This document shows, one piece after another, positions 40,706 through 49,235 of a DNA stretch of 64,000 nt. How positions within the stretch are numbered: position 1 is the first letter of the stretch; each line of letters opens with the position of its first letter. The stretch is from Alphaproteobacteria bacterium. GTDB taxonomy: Bacteria > Pseudomonadota > Alphaproteobacteria > Bin95. Both the position numbers and the translations under genes were made by a program. Below the pieces are notes generated by a model. It made no database searches. It saw only the letters and a list, made by a program, of their open reading frames with translations, and was not told where the DNA came from. The stretch covers positions 768,001 to 832,000 of the forward strand of contig OZ219785.1 in NCBI GenBank assembly GCA_964291285.2, read 5' to 3'.

Positions 40706-41869
40706 TCACCGGGGCTTTATCGGGCCGCCCCTCATGGCCCGCGCCATCGCCTGCCCGACGCGTTCCGCGGCGGCTTCGATGTCGCGGTCGGCGAGATGAG
40801 CGTAGCGCAGCGTCATGCGCACATTGGAATGGCCGAGCAGGCGGGAGACGACCGGGACGGGCACGCCGTTCATCACCGCATGGCTGGCCATGGTATGGCG
40901 CAGGTCATGAAGGCGAACGTCTTCAATGCCGGCTTCCTTGCGAACCCGATACCAGAGCGGCAGGTCGGGGCTGCGCGGGCGGGCGGGGTCGCGCGGCGAG
41001 GGAAACACGAACGCGCTGCCCGTGCGCGGCTGCCGGTAGAGAATGGTCCTGGCCTGTCTGCCGAGCGGGACCGTCCTCGGCCCCGTCTTGCTCTCCGCGA
41101 GGGCCAGCATGTCCTCGCGGACCTCGGACCATCGCAGGCCCGTGATCTCGCCTCTGCGGCAACCGGTGAACAGCAGCAGCCGGATGATGTCGGCCTGCTG
41201 CCTGTCGCGGCTTCGGGCCTGTGCATCCAGAACACCGTGCAGGCGCGCGAGTTCCTCGCGGGACAGGAACCGTTTGAGTGCCGGGCGGCGGTTCCTTCTT
41301 GTGCCCCTGGCCGGATTGACTTCGATGTGGCCGCAGGCGGCGGCGAAGGTCATGATCTGCCGCAGGATGTCGAGGGCGCGGTTGGCGCCGCCGGGTGCGG
41401 TCCGGCTGTAGCGGTCGAACCACTGCCGGACATGGCCCGGCGCAATGCGGTCGAGCGGCTTCGGGCCGAATGCCGGAAGCAATTGTCGCCGGAGTATCCC
41501 GGACGCGGTTTGCCGGCCCGACGGCTTGCAGCGGTTGAAATGGGCCTCCTTCCACGGGCCGGCGACGAAATCCCGGAACAGCGGGACCGCGCCGGGCGGT
41601 CTGGCAGTCTTCTCCGGCTGCGGGGCCGCCTGGCGTTCGAGAGCCTCCCGGCGCACATCCGCGGCGCTCTTCACGCCAACCGGGCCGAGCGAAACGCGTT
41701 TCGTGCGCCCGTCCCTGTCGAGCAGCAGCACCCAGCTGCGCCCGCCGGTGGGCCGCACCCGGACCCCGAGGCCGGCGATGCGCGTGTCCCGGACCGTATA
41801 TTCCCGCTCGCGGGGGCGAAGCCGGGCGACGGCGGCGTCGGTCAGCTTCATGCGTTCCCGGCCCGCCAT
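40706..41869 (-). CDS. Tyrosine recombinase, pair 2 second gene
   Basis: Arm domain; TGCRRGE, ESKTG, LHDLRH, LLGH, LRYAHL. Confidence 0.9.
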   Translation of the reverse strand: MAGRERMKLTDAAVARLRPREREYTVRDTRIAGLGVRVRPTGGRSWVLLLDRDGRTKRVSLGPVGVKSAADVRREALERQAAPQPEKTARPPGAVPLFRDFVAGPWKEAHFNRCKPSGRQTASGILRRQLLPAFGPKPLDRIAPGHVRQWFDRYSRTAPGGANRALDILRQIMTFAAACGHIEVNPARGTRRNRRPALKRFLSREELARLHGVLDAQARSRDRQQADIIRLLLFTGCRRGEITGLRWSEVREDMLALAESKTGPRTVPLGRQARTILYRQPRTGSAFVFPSPRDPARPRSPDLPLWYRVRKEAGIEDVRLHDLRHTMASHAVMNGVPVPVVSRLLGHSNVRMTLRYAHLADRDIEAAAERVGQAMARAMRGGPIKPR

Positions 41870-42993
41870 CAGTCTGCCTCCAGCGCGGCGCCGACCGTCT
41901 CGGCGGCGTCCTGCACCATGGCGTCGGCGACATGGGTATATTTCAGCGTGGTTTCCGGCCTGCGGTGGCCCAGCAGCCGGCCGATGGCGAGCACCGTCTC
42001 GCCCTGCCGGAGGGCAAGGCTCGCATGCGTATGGCGCAAATCGTGAAGGCGGGCGTCCTCCAGGTCCGCCTCGGCGCGGACCCTGCGCCAGAAGTGGTCC
42101 AGCCAGCTTCCGCTCCGGGCTCGCCCGCTATCCGGGGCCGGGAACACATGGCGGCCTTTCCGCTCAAGGCCGTCGAGAACGGCCCGGGCCGGTTCGGAGA
42201 GCCAGACCGTCCGGGGCCCCGTCTTGGAGTCGCGGAGAAAGAGGCGGCCTTCGCGGCAGTCGGACCATTGCAGGGTGAGGATCTCGCCCTTGCGGCAGCC
42301 GGTCAGCAGCAGCAGGCGGATGACGGCGACATGCTGCGGCCAGCGGGCCTCATGCGCCTTGAGCCGCGCGGACAGGCGGTGGATTTCCTCGTCGCAGAGG
42401 AACCGCTCGCGGCCCTTGCGGCGGTAGCGCCTGATGCCCCGGCAGGGGTTGGACCCCTCCGGGCGCAGGCCCATGGCCTCCGCCTCCCTCATGATGACGG
42501 ACAGCACCGGCATCGACCGGTCCGCCGCCACCGGCACCGCGCGCAGGCGGGCGAACCAGTTCCTTACCTCCTGCCGGTCGATGGCGGCAACCGGACGCCC
42601 GGCGAAATGCGGCAGAAGCCGGTTGCGCAGATAGCTGCGGTTGACAGCGAGCGTTCCGGCTTTCCAGAGGCGCTCATGGCGCTCGAACACGGTTTCGGCG
42701 ACGGCCTCGAAGAGCGTCTCGTCCGGCGCAGGCGGCGCCTCCCCGCCGCGCCTGATGGCGGCAAGCATCTCCGCAGCCGCCGCCCGCGCGTCCGTGACGC
42801 TCATCGACCCGGCGTCGCCGACGATCTTCCAGATACGCGCGCCGCGATGCTGGCAGTGGATGAAGAACTGCTTGCGGCCCGAGGGCGACACACGGACGCC
42901 GAAGCCCCTCAGCCTGCCGTCGCGGACCTCGCGGACCGACCTGCGGGGCTTGAGCGCCTTCACGCGCGCCTCGGTGAGGGTAGTCTTCGCCAT
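41869..42993 (-). CDS. Tyrosine recombinase, pair 2 first gene
   Basis: Arm domain; TGCRKGE, DSKTG, LHDLRH, LLGH, LKYTHV; TGATG overlap. Confidence 0.9.
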   Translation of the reverse strand: MAKTTLTEARVKALKPRRSVREVRDGRLRGFGVRVSPSGRKQFFIHCQHRGARIWKIVGDAGSMSVTDARAAAAEMLAAIRRGGEAPPAPDETLFEAVAETVFERHERLWKAGTLAVNRSYLRNRLLPHFAGRPVAAIDRQEVRNWFARLRAVPVAADRSMPVLSVIMREAEAMGLRPEGSNPCRGIRRYRRKGRERFLCDEEIHRLSARLKAHEARWPQHVAVIRLLLLTGCRKGEILTLQWSDCREGRLFLRDSKTGPRTVWLSEPARAVLDGLERKGRHVFPAPDSGRARSGSWLDHFWRRVRAEADLEDARLHDLRHTHASLALRQGETVLAIGRLLGHRRPETTLKYTHVADAMVQDAAETVGAALEAD

Positions 42994-43328
42994 TGCGTTT
43001 CTCCCGGCTCCGGTTGCAGCCGGGGAACGGGCCCTTGCGACCCGCTTCCCCGACCGCTGCATTTCGGGAGAAAAAACGACGCTATGTCAGATAGTTAGCA
43101 CCCACAGGTGCGGCCGTGGTGTCGTGCGCCTGGCCAGGGCTGAGGTCATAGCGGACCGGCAGGCCGCTCACGTCCGACACGGCGTGGATCTTCGTGGTCA
43201 GTCCGCCACGGGAACGGCCCATGCAACGATCCGGACCCCCTTTTTTGGGGGATTATAGGGCTAGCTAGCCAAAAGTGTTGACATTCGCCGGACCTTCTGT
43301 CAGATTGGCAGCGTCGATGGAGGCAGAC

Positions 43329-44279
43329 ATGGCAAACTCTCCCGGAAAGTCATACCGCAAGGGCATCAGCCTGATTGAACTGGCCGAGATGTTCCCGGAT
43401 GAGGACGCGGCCAAGCGGTGGTTCGAGGAACAGCGCTGGCCGGATGGAGTGCGGTGCGCGCACTGCCAGTCCGACCGGGTTTCGGCCTGCAAGGACGCGA
43501 AGCCCATGCCCTACCGCTGCAAGGACTGCCGGAAGCATTTCAGCGTCCGCACCAAGTCGGTCATGGCCGAGTCGCCCTTGCCGCTCCGCAAGTGGGCGTT
43601 CGCCATCTACCTTTGCGCCACGAACCTCAAGGGCGTGTCGAGCATGAAGCTCCACCGCGACCTGAAAATCGCGCAATCGTCGGCATGGTTCGTCGCGCAT
43701 CGCATCCGCGAAGCACTGGACGGCGATTACGGCCTGCTTGCCGGGCCGGTGGAGGTCGATGAGACCTACATGGGCGGCAAGCGCAAGAACATGCCGGCGC
43801 GCAAGCGCAAGGCGCTGCAAGAGGCCGGAGCGGGCCGGGGAACGGTCGGCAAGGCCATCGTCGCCGGGGCGAAGGATCGGGAGACGGGCAAGGTATCGGC
43901 CCGCGTCATTGAGGATACGACCAAGCCGACGCTGCAAGGCTTCGTCCGCGACACCGCCGCGCCGGGCGCAACGCTCTACACGGATGAGCATGGCAGCTAC
44001 ACCGGAATGCCGGAATACGCGCATGAAGCGGTCAATCATGGCGTCGGCGAGTATGTCCGGGAGATGGCGCATGTGAACGGCATGGAATCTTTCTGGAGCA
44101 TGTTGAAGCGGGGCTATCAGGGAACCTTCCACCACTTCTCCGCGAAGCACCTGCAACGCTATGTCAACGAGTTTGCGACCCGGCAGGGTCTCCGCCCGCA
44201 CGACACGGAAGCGATGATGGGCGAGATTGCCGCCCGGATGATCGGCCGCCGCCTCACCTATGCGCGGTTGACCTCGTGA
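43329..44279 (+). CDS. IS1595-family transposase
   Basis: Zn ribbon CAHC/CKDC, VEVDETY, LYTDE, VNH, NGMESFW, YVNEF. Confidence 0.93.
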   Translation: MANSPGKSYRKGISLIELAEMFPDEDAAKRWFEEQRWPDGVRCAHCQSDRVSACKDAKPMPYRCKDCRKHFSVRTKSVMAESPLPLRKWAFAIYLCATNLKGVSSMKLHRDLKIAQSSAWFVAHRIREALDGDYGLLAGPVEVDETYMGGKRKNMPARKRKALQEAGAGRGTVGKAIVAGAKDRETGKVSARVIEDTTKPTLQGFVRDTAAPGATLYTDEHGSYTGMPEYAHEAVNHGVGEYVREMAHVNGMESFWSMLKRGYQGTFHHFSAKHLQRYVNEFATRQGLRPHDTEAMMGEIAARMIGRRLTYARLTS

Positions 44280-45220
44280 GCGCCGTTGTCACGGTCCCTC
44301 CGACCGACAAGACACCGGAGGAAATCGCTCAAACGCTCTTCCACGGGCAGAACCGCGCCCGGACGACCTTGTATCCCGGCGACTGCCGTGAAGTGCTGGC
44401 GGACATGGCGGATGAGAGCGTTCACCTTGTCCTCACGGACCCGCCCTATTTTCTCGACCGGCTGGATGACGGCTGGTGCCCGGATGACATCGAGCGGTCC
44501 AAGCGGAACGCCGACGTCGTGGGTGGCCTGCCTATCGGTATGCGCTTCGACCGGGAGCAAGCGAAGAACCTGCAAGCGTTTCTGGAGCCCGTCGCGGTCG
44601 AGCTTCTGCGCGTCCTGAAACCGGGCGGGTTCCTTCTGCTGTTCGCCGCGCCACGCCTCTACCACCGCGCCGCCGTTGCAATAGAGGACGCGGGCTTTGA
44701 GGTCCGGGACGCCTTCGCATGGCACTTCACGAAAAAGGCGCAGTTCAAGGCGTTCACGATGGACCATTTCGTCAAGCGTCGGGCCGACATGACGGCGGCA
44801 CAGAAAGCCGACGCGCTTAAGTCGCTGGACGGGCGCCGGACCCCGCAGCTCCGCCCGCAGTTCGAGGCGATCCTATTCGCACAGAAGCCCCGAGAAGGGA
44901 CTTTCGTCGATAACTGGCTGGCGCACGAGACCGGCCTTATCGACCCGCGCCACAGCCTGACGGCGCGCGTTCCTGAAACCGTCATGACGGTCGAGAAGGA
45001 AGCGAAGGGACGCTTCAACGGGCATCTGACGCCGAAGCCGGTCAAGCTCTGCGAGCATCTCATCCGGCTGTTCTCTGCCGAGGGCCAGACCGTGCTTGAC
45101 CCGTTTGTTGGCTCTGGCACGACATGCCTTGCCGCGCGTCGGACCAAGCGCCGAAGCATCGGCATCGACATCAACCCCGCCTACATCGACATCGCCCGCA
45201 AGCGGCTGGAGTCGCGGTGA
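44276..45220 (+). CDS. N6A/N4C DNA methyltransferase (beta-class motif order)
   Basis: TDPPY before H.TPKP and VLDPFVGSGTT. Confidence 0.92.
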   Translation: MSAVVTVPPTDKTPEEIAQTLFHGQNRARTTLYPGDCREVLADMADESVHLVLTDPPYFLDRLDDGWCPDDIERSKRNADVVGGLPIGMRFDREQAKNLQAFLEPVAVELLRVLKPGGFLLLFAAPRLYHRAAVAIEDAGFEVRDAFAWHFTKKAQFKAFTMDHFVKRRADMTAAQKADALKSLDGRRTPQLRPQFEAILFAQKPREGTFVDNWLAHETGLIDPRHSLTARVPETVMTVEKEAKGRFNGHLTPKPVKLCEHLIRLFSAEGQTVLDPFVGSGTTCLAARRTKRRSIGIDINPAYIDIARKRLESR

Positions 45221-45804
45221 TGGCCGTCCCTCCGCTGGAGAAGCGCCACGGGCACCGGGGCGTTGCTCATCTGCGCGTCGCGGTCATGGAGGTCCTGTAT
45301 GCCGCGAAGAAGGCCGGAGAGTGCCTTGGAGCGGCTGGCATAGGCCGTCGAGCGGGCATCTTCCGTGAACCCGGCTATGCGGTGAAGCAGGGCAACGACT
45401 ACATCGTGACGGGCGTCCTCAACTCCCTGGTCAAGGACCGGCTGCTGACGAAATGCACCCAGGCCAACAGGCGGCCGGGTTGGGAGCTTACCGACGCAGC
45501 GTTTCAGCGTCGGGATCAGGAAGTCACGGAAATGCCGGATTGGGGCGGCGACAAGCGCATCATCGACGCCTACCGGCTGAAGCAATGGGGATTCTGCCCC
45601 GGCTGCCTTGCGGTGTTGCCGGAGCGCCCCGACGTCGACCATATCCGGGCGAAGGCGCGAGGCGGTTCAGACGAGGCGGAGAACAAGCAATTGCTCTGCC
45701 CGAACTGCAACCGCCGGCGCGGTGCTAAGCCGTTCGCGCAATTCCTCGCCGAGCGGCTGGAGGACGGAAACGAGTGGACCGATTACGAGCCAGAGGATGG
45801 CTAG
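45220..45804 (+). CDS. HNH endonuclease with putative N-terminal winged helix
   Basis: CPGC..DVDHI..ARGG.D...N.QLLCPNCN; TGATG coupling to the methyltransferase. Confidence 0.8.
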   Translation: MAVPPLEKRHGHRGVAHLRVAVMEVLYAAKKAGECLGAAGIGRRAGIFREPGYAVKQGNDYIVTGVLNSLVKDRLLTKCTQANRRPGWELTDAAFQRRDQEVTEMPDWGGDKRIIDAYRLKQWGFCPGCLAVLPERPDVDHIRAKARGGSDEAENKQLLCPNCNRRRGAKPFAQFLAERLEDGNEWTDYEPEDG

Positions 45805-46216
45805 CCAACCCTATAATCCCCCTTTTTTGATCCCGCCGCATGCTGGTGAACCCGGACGCTCGAACTGTCGATCATCTGCACATTGCCGTCGTGAGCCTCC
45901 ACCACCGCATCCATCAACTGATCCCGGATGCCCTTCTTGCGCCAGCGGTTGAACCGGTTGTAGCAGGTCGTACAAGGCCCGTAGTGCTCCGGCAGGTCTC
46001 GCCACGGCGCCCGCGCGCGAAGCACCCACAGAATGCCGTTCAGCACCCGCCGGTCGTCAACCCGCGGCACCCCACGGGTCTTGTTCGGCAGCAACGGCTT
46101 GATCACCCGCCATTCGAAGTCCGTCAGATCGTACCGGCCCATGTCCTCGCTCCCTGAAGTTGGGAGCTTGAATCACAGCTGCGCTGAAGAAGAAACCCCT
46201 TATGGGTACACGACCT

Positions 46217-46924
46217 AAAGCCGATGTGCAGCGCTGGTTCGCCTCGCTTCGCGCGACGCCGGTGGCGGCGGACCGGTCGGCGCCGATCCTGTCCGTCATC
46301 ATGCGCCAGGCCGGGGTTTACGGCTACCGCCCGGAGGGCAGCAATCCCTGCATGGGCATCCGCCGCTACCGGCGCAAGGGAAGAGAGCGGTTCCTGTCGG
46401 AGCCGGAGCTTCGCCGGCTTGGTTGTACGCTCGACGGCCATGAAGCGCGGCATTCGCGCGAAGTGGCGTTCGTGCGCCTGCTGCTGCTGACCGGATGCCG
46501 CAAGAGCGAGATACTGACCCTTGCCTGGTCCGACTGCCGCGAGGGGCGCCTGTTCCTGCGCGACGGCAAGACCGGCCCCCGGACCGTCTGGCTGTCCTCG
46601 CCCGCGCGCGCCGTCCTGGACGGGCTTCCCCGGCAGGGCAAATGGGTCTTTCCCTCGCCGCAGAGGCAGGGGCCGGCATCATCGAGCGTCTTCGAGACGT
46701 TCTGGTGGCGGGTCCGGGAGGAAGCGGACATTGGCGATGTCCGGCTTCACGATCTCCGCCATACATATGCCAGCATCGCCATCATGGGGGGCGAGACCGT
46801 CACGGCGACGGCGCGGCTGCTCGGGCACAACGACGCGCAGACGACACTGAAATACGCCCACCTGTCCGACCGTTCGGTCCGGGAGGCCGCCGACGCTCTC
46901 GGCTCCATCCTCGGGGAGGGCTGA
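46217..46924 (+). pseudogene. Tyrosine recombinase, pair 3 first gene, 5' part removed at the IS5 end
   Basis: Closely similar to 41869-42993; TGCRKSE, LHDLRH, LKYAHL. Confidence 0.85.
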
Positions 46925-46927
46925 TCC

Positions 46928-48076
46928 ACGCCGAGGCGGAAAAGGCTCACCGACGCCGGCATCGCAAGGCTCCGGGCCGGGGCGCGAGAATATACGCTCT
47001 GGGACACCGGGGTCGCCGGGCTCGGGGTCAGGGTCCGCCCCTCCGGCAGCCGGACCTTCATCTACCATCGCAAGACGGCCGACGGGTTGCGGAAGATGTC
47101 CTTCGGTCCGGCAGCGCTTCGCAAGGTCGAGGATGTGCGCCGCGCCTGCATGGAGGCCGCGACCGGAGCCGCCGGTGCGGACGCAGCCTGTCGCGAAAGG
47201 GCGCCGCTGTTCGGGAATTTCGTGGCCGGTCAGTGGAAGGCGGATTGTTTCGAGCGCTGCAAACCGTCCACGCAGAGGAACTTTGCCGGCATTCTGAGAC
47301 GGCAACTGCTTCCGGCGTTCGGGTCCCGGCGCCTCGACCGCATCACCCGCAGCATGGTGCTCCGCTGGTTCGAGGCTTGCAGCCGGACCGCGCCGGGGGC
47401 GGCCAACGCCGCCCTCGCCCTGCTGCGGCAGATACTCAACCACGCCATCGCCTGCGGGTATATGGAAACCAATCCGGTGCGCGGCATCCGCCGCAATCCC
47501 GGCCGGAAGATGACGCGCTTCCTGTCCCGGGAGGAAATCGCCCGGCTTCACCGCGTCCTCGACCGGTATGCGCAAGGAACAGCCTCGCAGGCGCAGCAGG
47601 CCGACATCATCCGCCTGCTGCTGCTCACCGGCTGCCGCAAGGGCGAGATCGTCTGTCTCCGCCGGGAGGAAGTGAAGGGCGACCGGCTCGAACTCGCGGA
47701 TACCAAGACCAGGCCGAGAACCGTCCTGCTGAACGCGCCGGCACGGGAGATCGTCGCGCGCCGGACGCGGCAGGGAAACGGCCCCTGGGTCTTCCCCTCC
47801 GTCAGGGACCCGTCCCGTCCCCGGTCGCACGAGCCCCGCCTCTGGTATCGGGTGCGGCGCGAGGCGGGCATCGAGGATGTGCGCCTGCACGACCTGCGCC
47901 ATACCGTCGCCAGCCAGGCCGCGATGAACGGCGTTCCCCTGCCGGTCGTCGCCCGCCTGCTCGGACACGGCAACGTGCGGATGACGATGCGCTACGCCCA
48001 TGTCGGGGACCGCGAGATCGAGGCGGCGGCCGAACGGGTCGGGCGGGCGATCGGAAGCTATCCGGGCCTGTCGTGA
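46928..48076 (+). CDS. Tyrosine recombinase, pair 3 second gene (ACG at expected start)
   Basis: Frame open from 46928 with arm domain; TGCRKGE, LHDLRH, LLGH, MRYAHV. Confidence 0.8.
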   Translation, partial: TPRRKRLTDAGIARLRAGAREYTLWDTGVAGLGVRVRPSGSRTFIYHRKTADGLRKMSFGPAALRKVEDVRRACMEAATGAAGADAACRERAPLFGNFVAGQWKADCFERCKPSTQRNFAGILRRQLLPAFGSRRLDRITRSMVLRWFEACSRTAPGAANAALALLRQILNHAIACGYMETNPVRGIRRNPGRKMTRFLSREEIARLHRVLDRYAQGTASQAQQADIIRLLLLTGCRKGEIVCLRREEVKGDRLELADTKTRPRTVLLNAPAREIVARRTRQGNGPWVFPSVRDPSRPRSHEPRLWYRVRREAGIEDVRLHDLRHTVASQAAMNGVPLPVVARLLGHGNVRMTMRYAHVGDREIEAAAERVGRAIGSYPGLS

Positions 48077-48097
48077 ATCGGGTTGCGCGGCAGCGGA

Positions 48098-48207
48098 CCG
48101 GGCCTGCGTTCTCCTGCCATCGCAGCGCGCCGCGCGGCACAAGGCTGCCTCGGGAGCCGGACCCGGCCGGTGCGCACCCTCGACGCCGAGGGAGAGCCTC
48201 GCGCCCC
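48098..48207 (-). repeat. Remnant of an autotransporter 3' end
   Basis: Diverged direct repeat of 49219-49328. Confidence 0.75.
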
Positions 48208-48262
48208 AGGTGGTGCGAATGGCGCGCAACGGCGCCCTCGATGCGGCAGTCCCGCAGACTCA

Positions 48263-48394
48263 TACCAACGGTCGTTGATTGGAACCTATAGCAGAGCCTC
48301 CCTCCGCAGCTCGCCCCCTGAGCCGAGGCCTCCTACTGCAAGAGGTAATCTCCGCCGAGAGAGGCTAATCGGTTCTTATCTGTGGCCGGTGGTA
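48263..48394. mobile_element. 132-bp MITE-like element, copy 2
   Basis: Inverted homologue of 15475-15606; TCA on both flanks. Confidence 0.75.
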
Positions 48395-49204
48395 TCAATT
48401 CCTGTTGAAGCCGAATTCCCCGCGCGATTGCAGAACCCGCTTCCAGTGCGTTTCGCGTTCGACAATCATGGCGTCGGCAATACGGGCGGTATGGCTTTCC
48501 AGAAGCGAAAACCGGAAATGCTCCCGGCAATGGTCCAGGCCGCGATTCCCGAGCAATTGCTTCAGGTCGGCATTGTTGCCATGTCCGGTCGCGCTGTATT
48601 CGCGCCAACGAGACCAGACGCCGCCGTCGCCGTAGGCCGCCCCGACATACAGCCGCCCCGTTCCCGTATCGGTGATCAGATAAACGCCCTTTGCGTTCTC
48701 CAGGGCGCCGCGCCAATCGGGCCGGTCGTTGCGGATGAGCGATTCGAGCTCGCCGAAACCGATGTCGATCCGGTCATGGCCCGGAAAATCGATCCCGGAA
48801 TACTCCTCCTTGAGAATTTCGCTTACCGTGAATTCGTCCAGGCGTTTCTCGAAATTCACGCGGGTTCCCCGTTGGCGCCAGGGAGAATGCAGTTTGAGGC
48901 GTCCGATGAAGCCGCGGCCCTGTTCGGTCAGCGATACGACATATCTGTCCGGCAGCCGCTCCACGACTTCCCACACACCGCCGAACAACCAGATGTCAGG
49001 CTCCCGATGGAAATCGATCACCGAGAAGATATACGGGCGGTTGAAATCGTTGTTTTTCGGTCGATGCTCCTGCCAGCCTTGCCATTCTTCCCGGCTGCGA
49101 ACGAAAACGTCGAGCGGTTGGTTGGACTGGTTGTAGCGGGCGAAGTGCAGCTTGTAGAGAGCCGGCTCCCGTATCGGCCAAATGTCGGTGAGATGAATCA
49201 CCAT
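48395..49204 (-). CDS. GIY-YIG nuclease family protein
   Basis: GVYLI...LYVGAAYG..G...RW, ERETHWK, FNRN; lower GC. Confidence 0.85.
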   Translation of the reverse strand: MVIHLTDIWPIREPALYKLHFARYNQSNQPLDVFVRSREEWQGWQEHRPKNNDFNRPYIFSVIDFHREPDIWLFGGVWEVVERLPDRYVVSLTEQGRGFIGRLKLHSPWRQRGTRVNFEKRLDEFTVSEILKEEYSGIDFPGHDRIDIGFGELESLIRNDRPDWRGALENAKGVYLITDTGTGRLYVGAAYGDGGVWSRWREYSATGHGNNADLKQLLGNRGLDHCREHFRFSLLESHTARIADAMIVERETHWKRVLQSRGEFGFNRN

Positions 49205-49235
49205 ACGCCCTCAGCCGAGCCGGGCCTGCATTCTC

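Larger units (their letters stand above)
43248..45821 (+). mobile_element. IS1595-family element with passenger genes
   Basis: TIR GGGGATTATAGGG(C/T)T(A/G)GCTAGCCA; 8-bp target duplication CTTTTTTG at 43240-43247 and 45822-45829. Confidence 0.92.
43098..46215 (-). mobile_element. IS5-family element split by an IS1595 insertion, 3' truncated
   Basis: End GGTCGTGTACCCAT at 46215; orfA 46142-45822 (WRDLPEHYGP); orfB GRSRGGLTTKIH resumes below 43247. Confidence 0.85.

Noticed and set aside
24428-48076. Integron integrase, shufflon or RIT element
   Set aside because: No IntI-specific insertion or canonical attC array, no short sfx-type repeats seen, and genes come in pairs rather than trios
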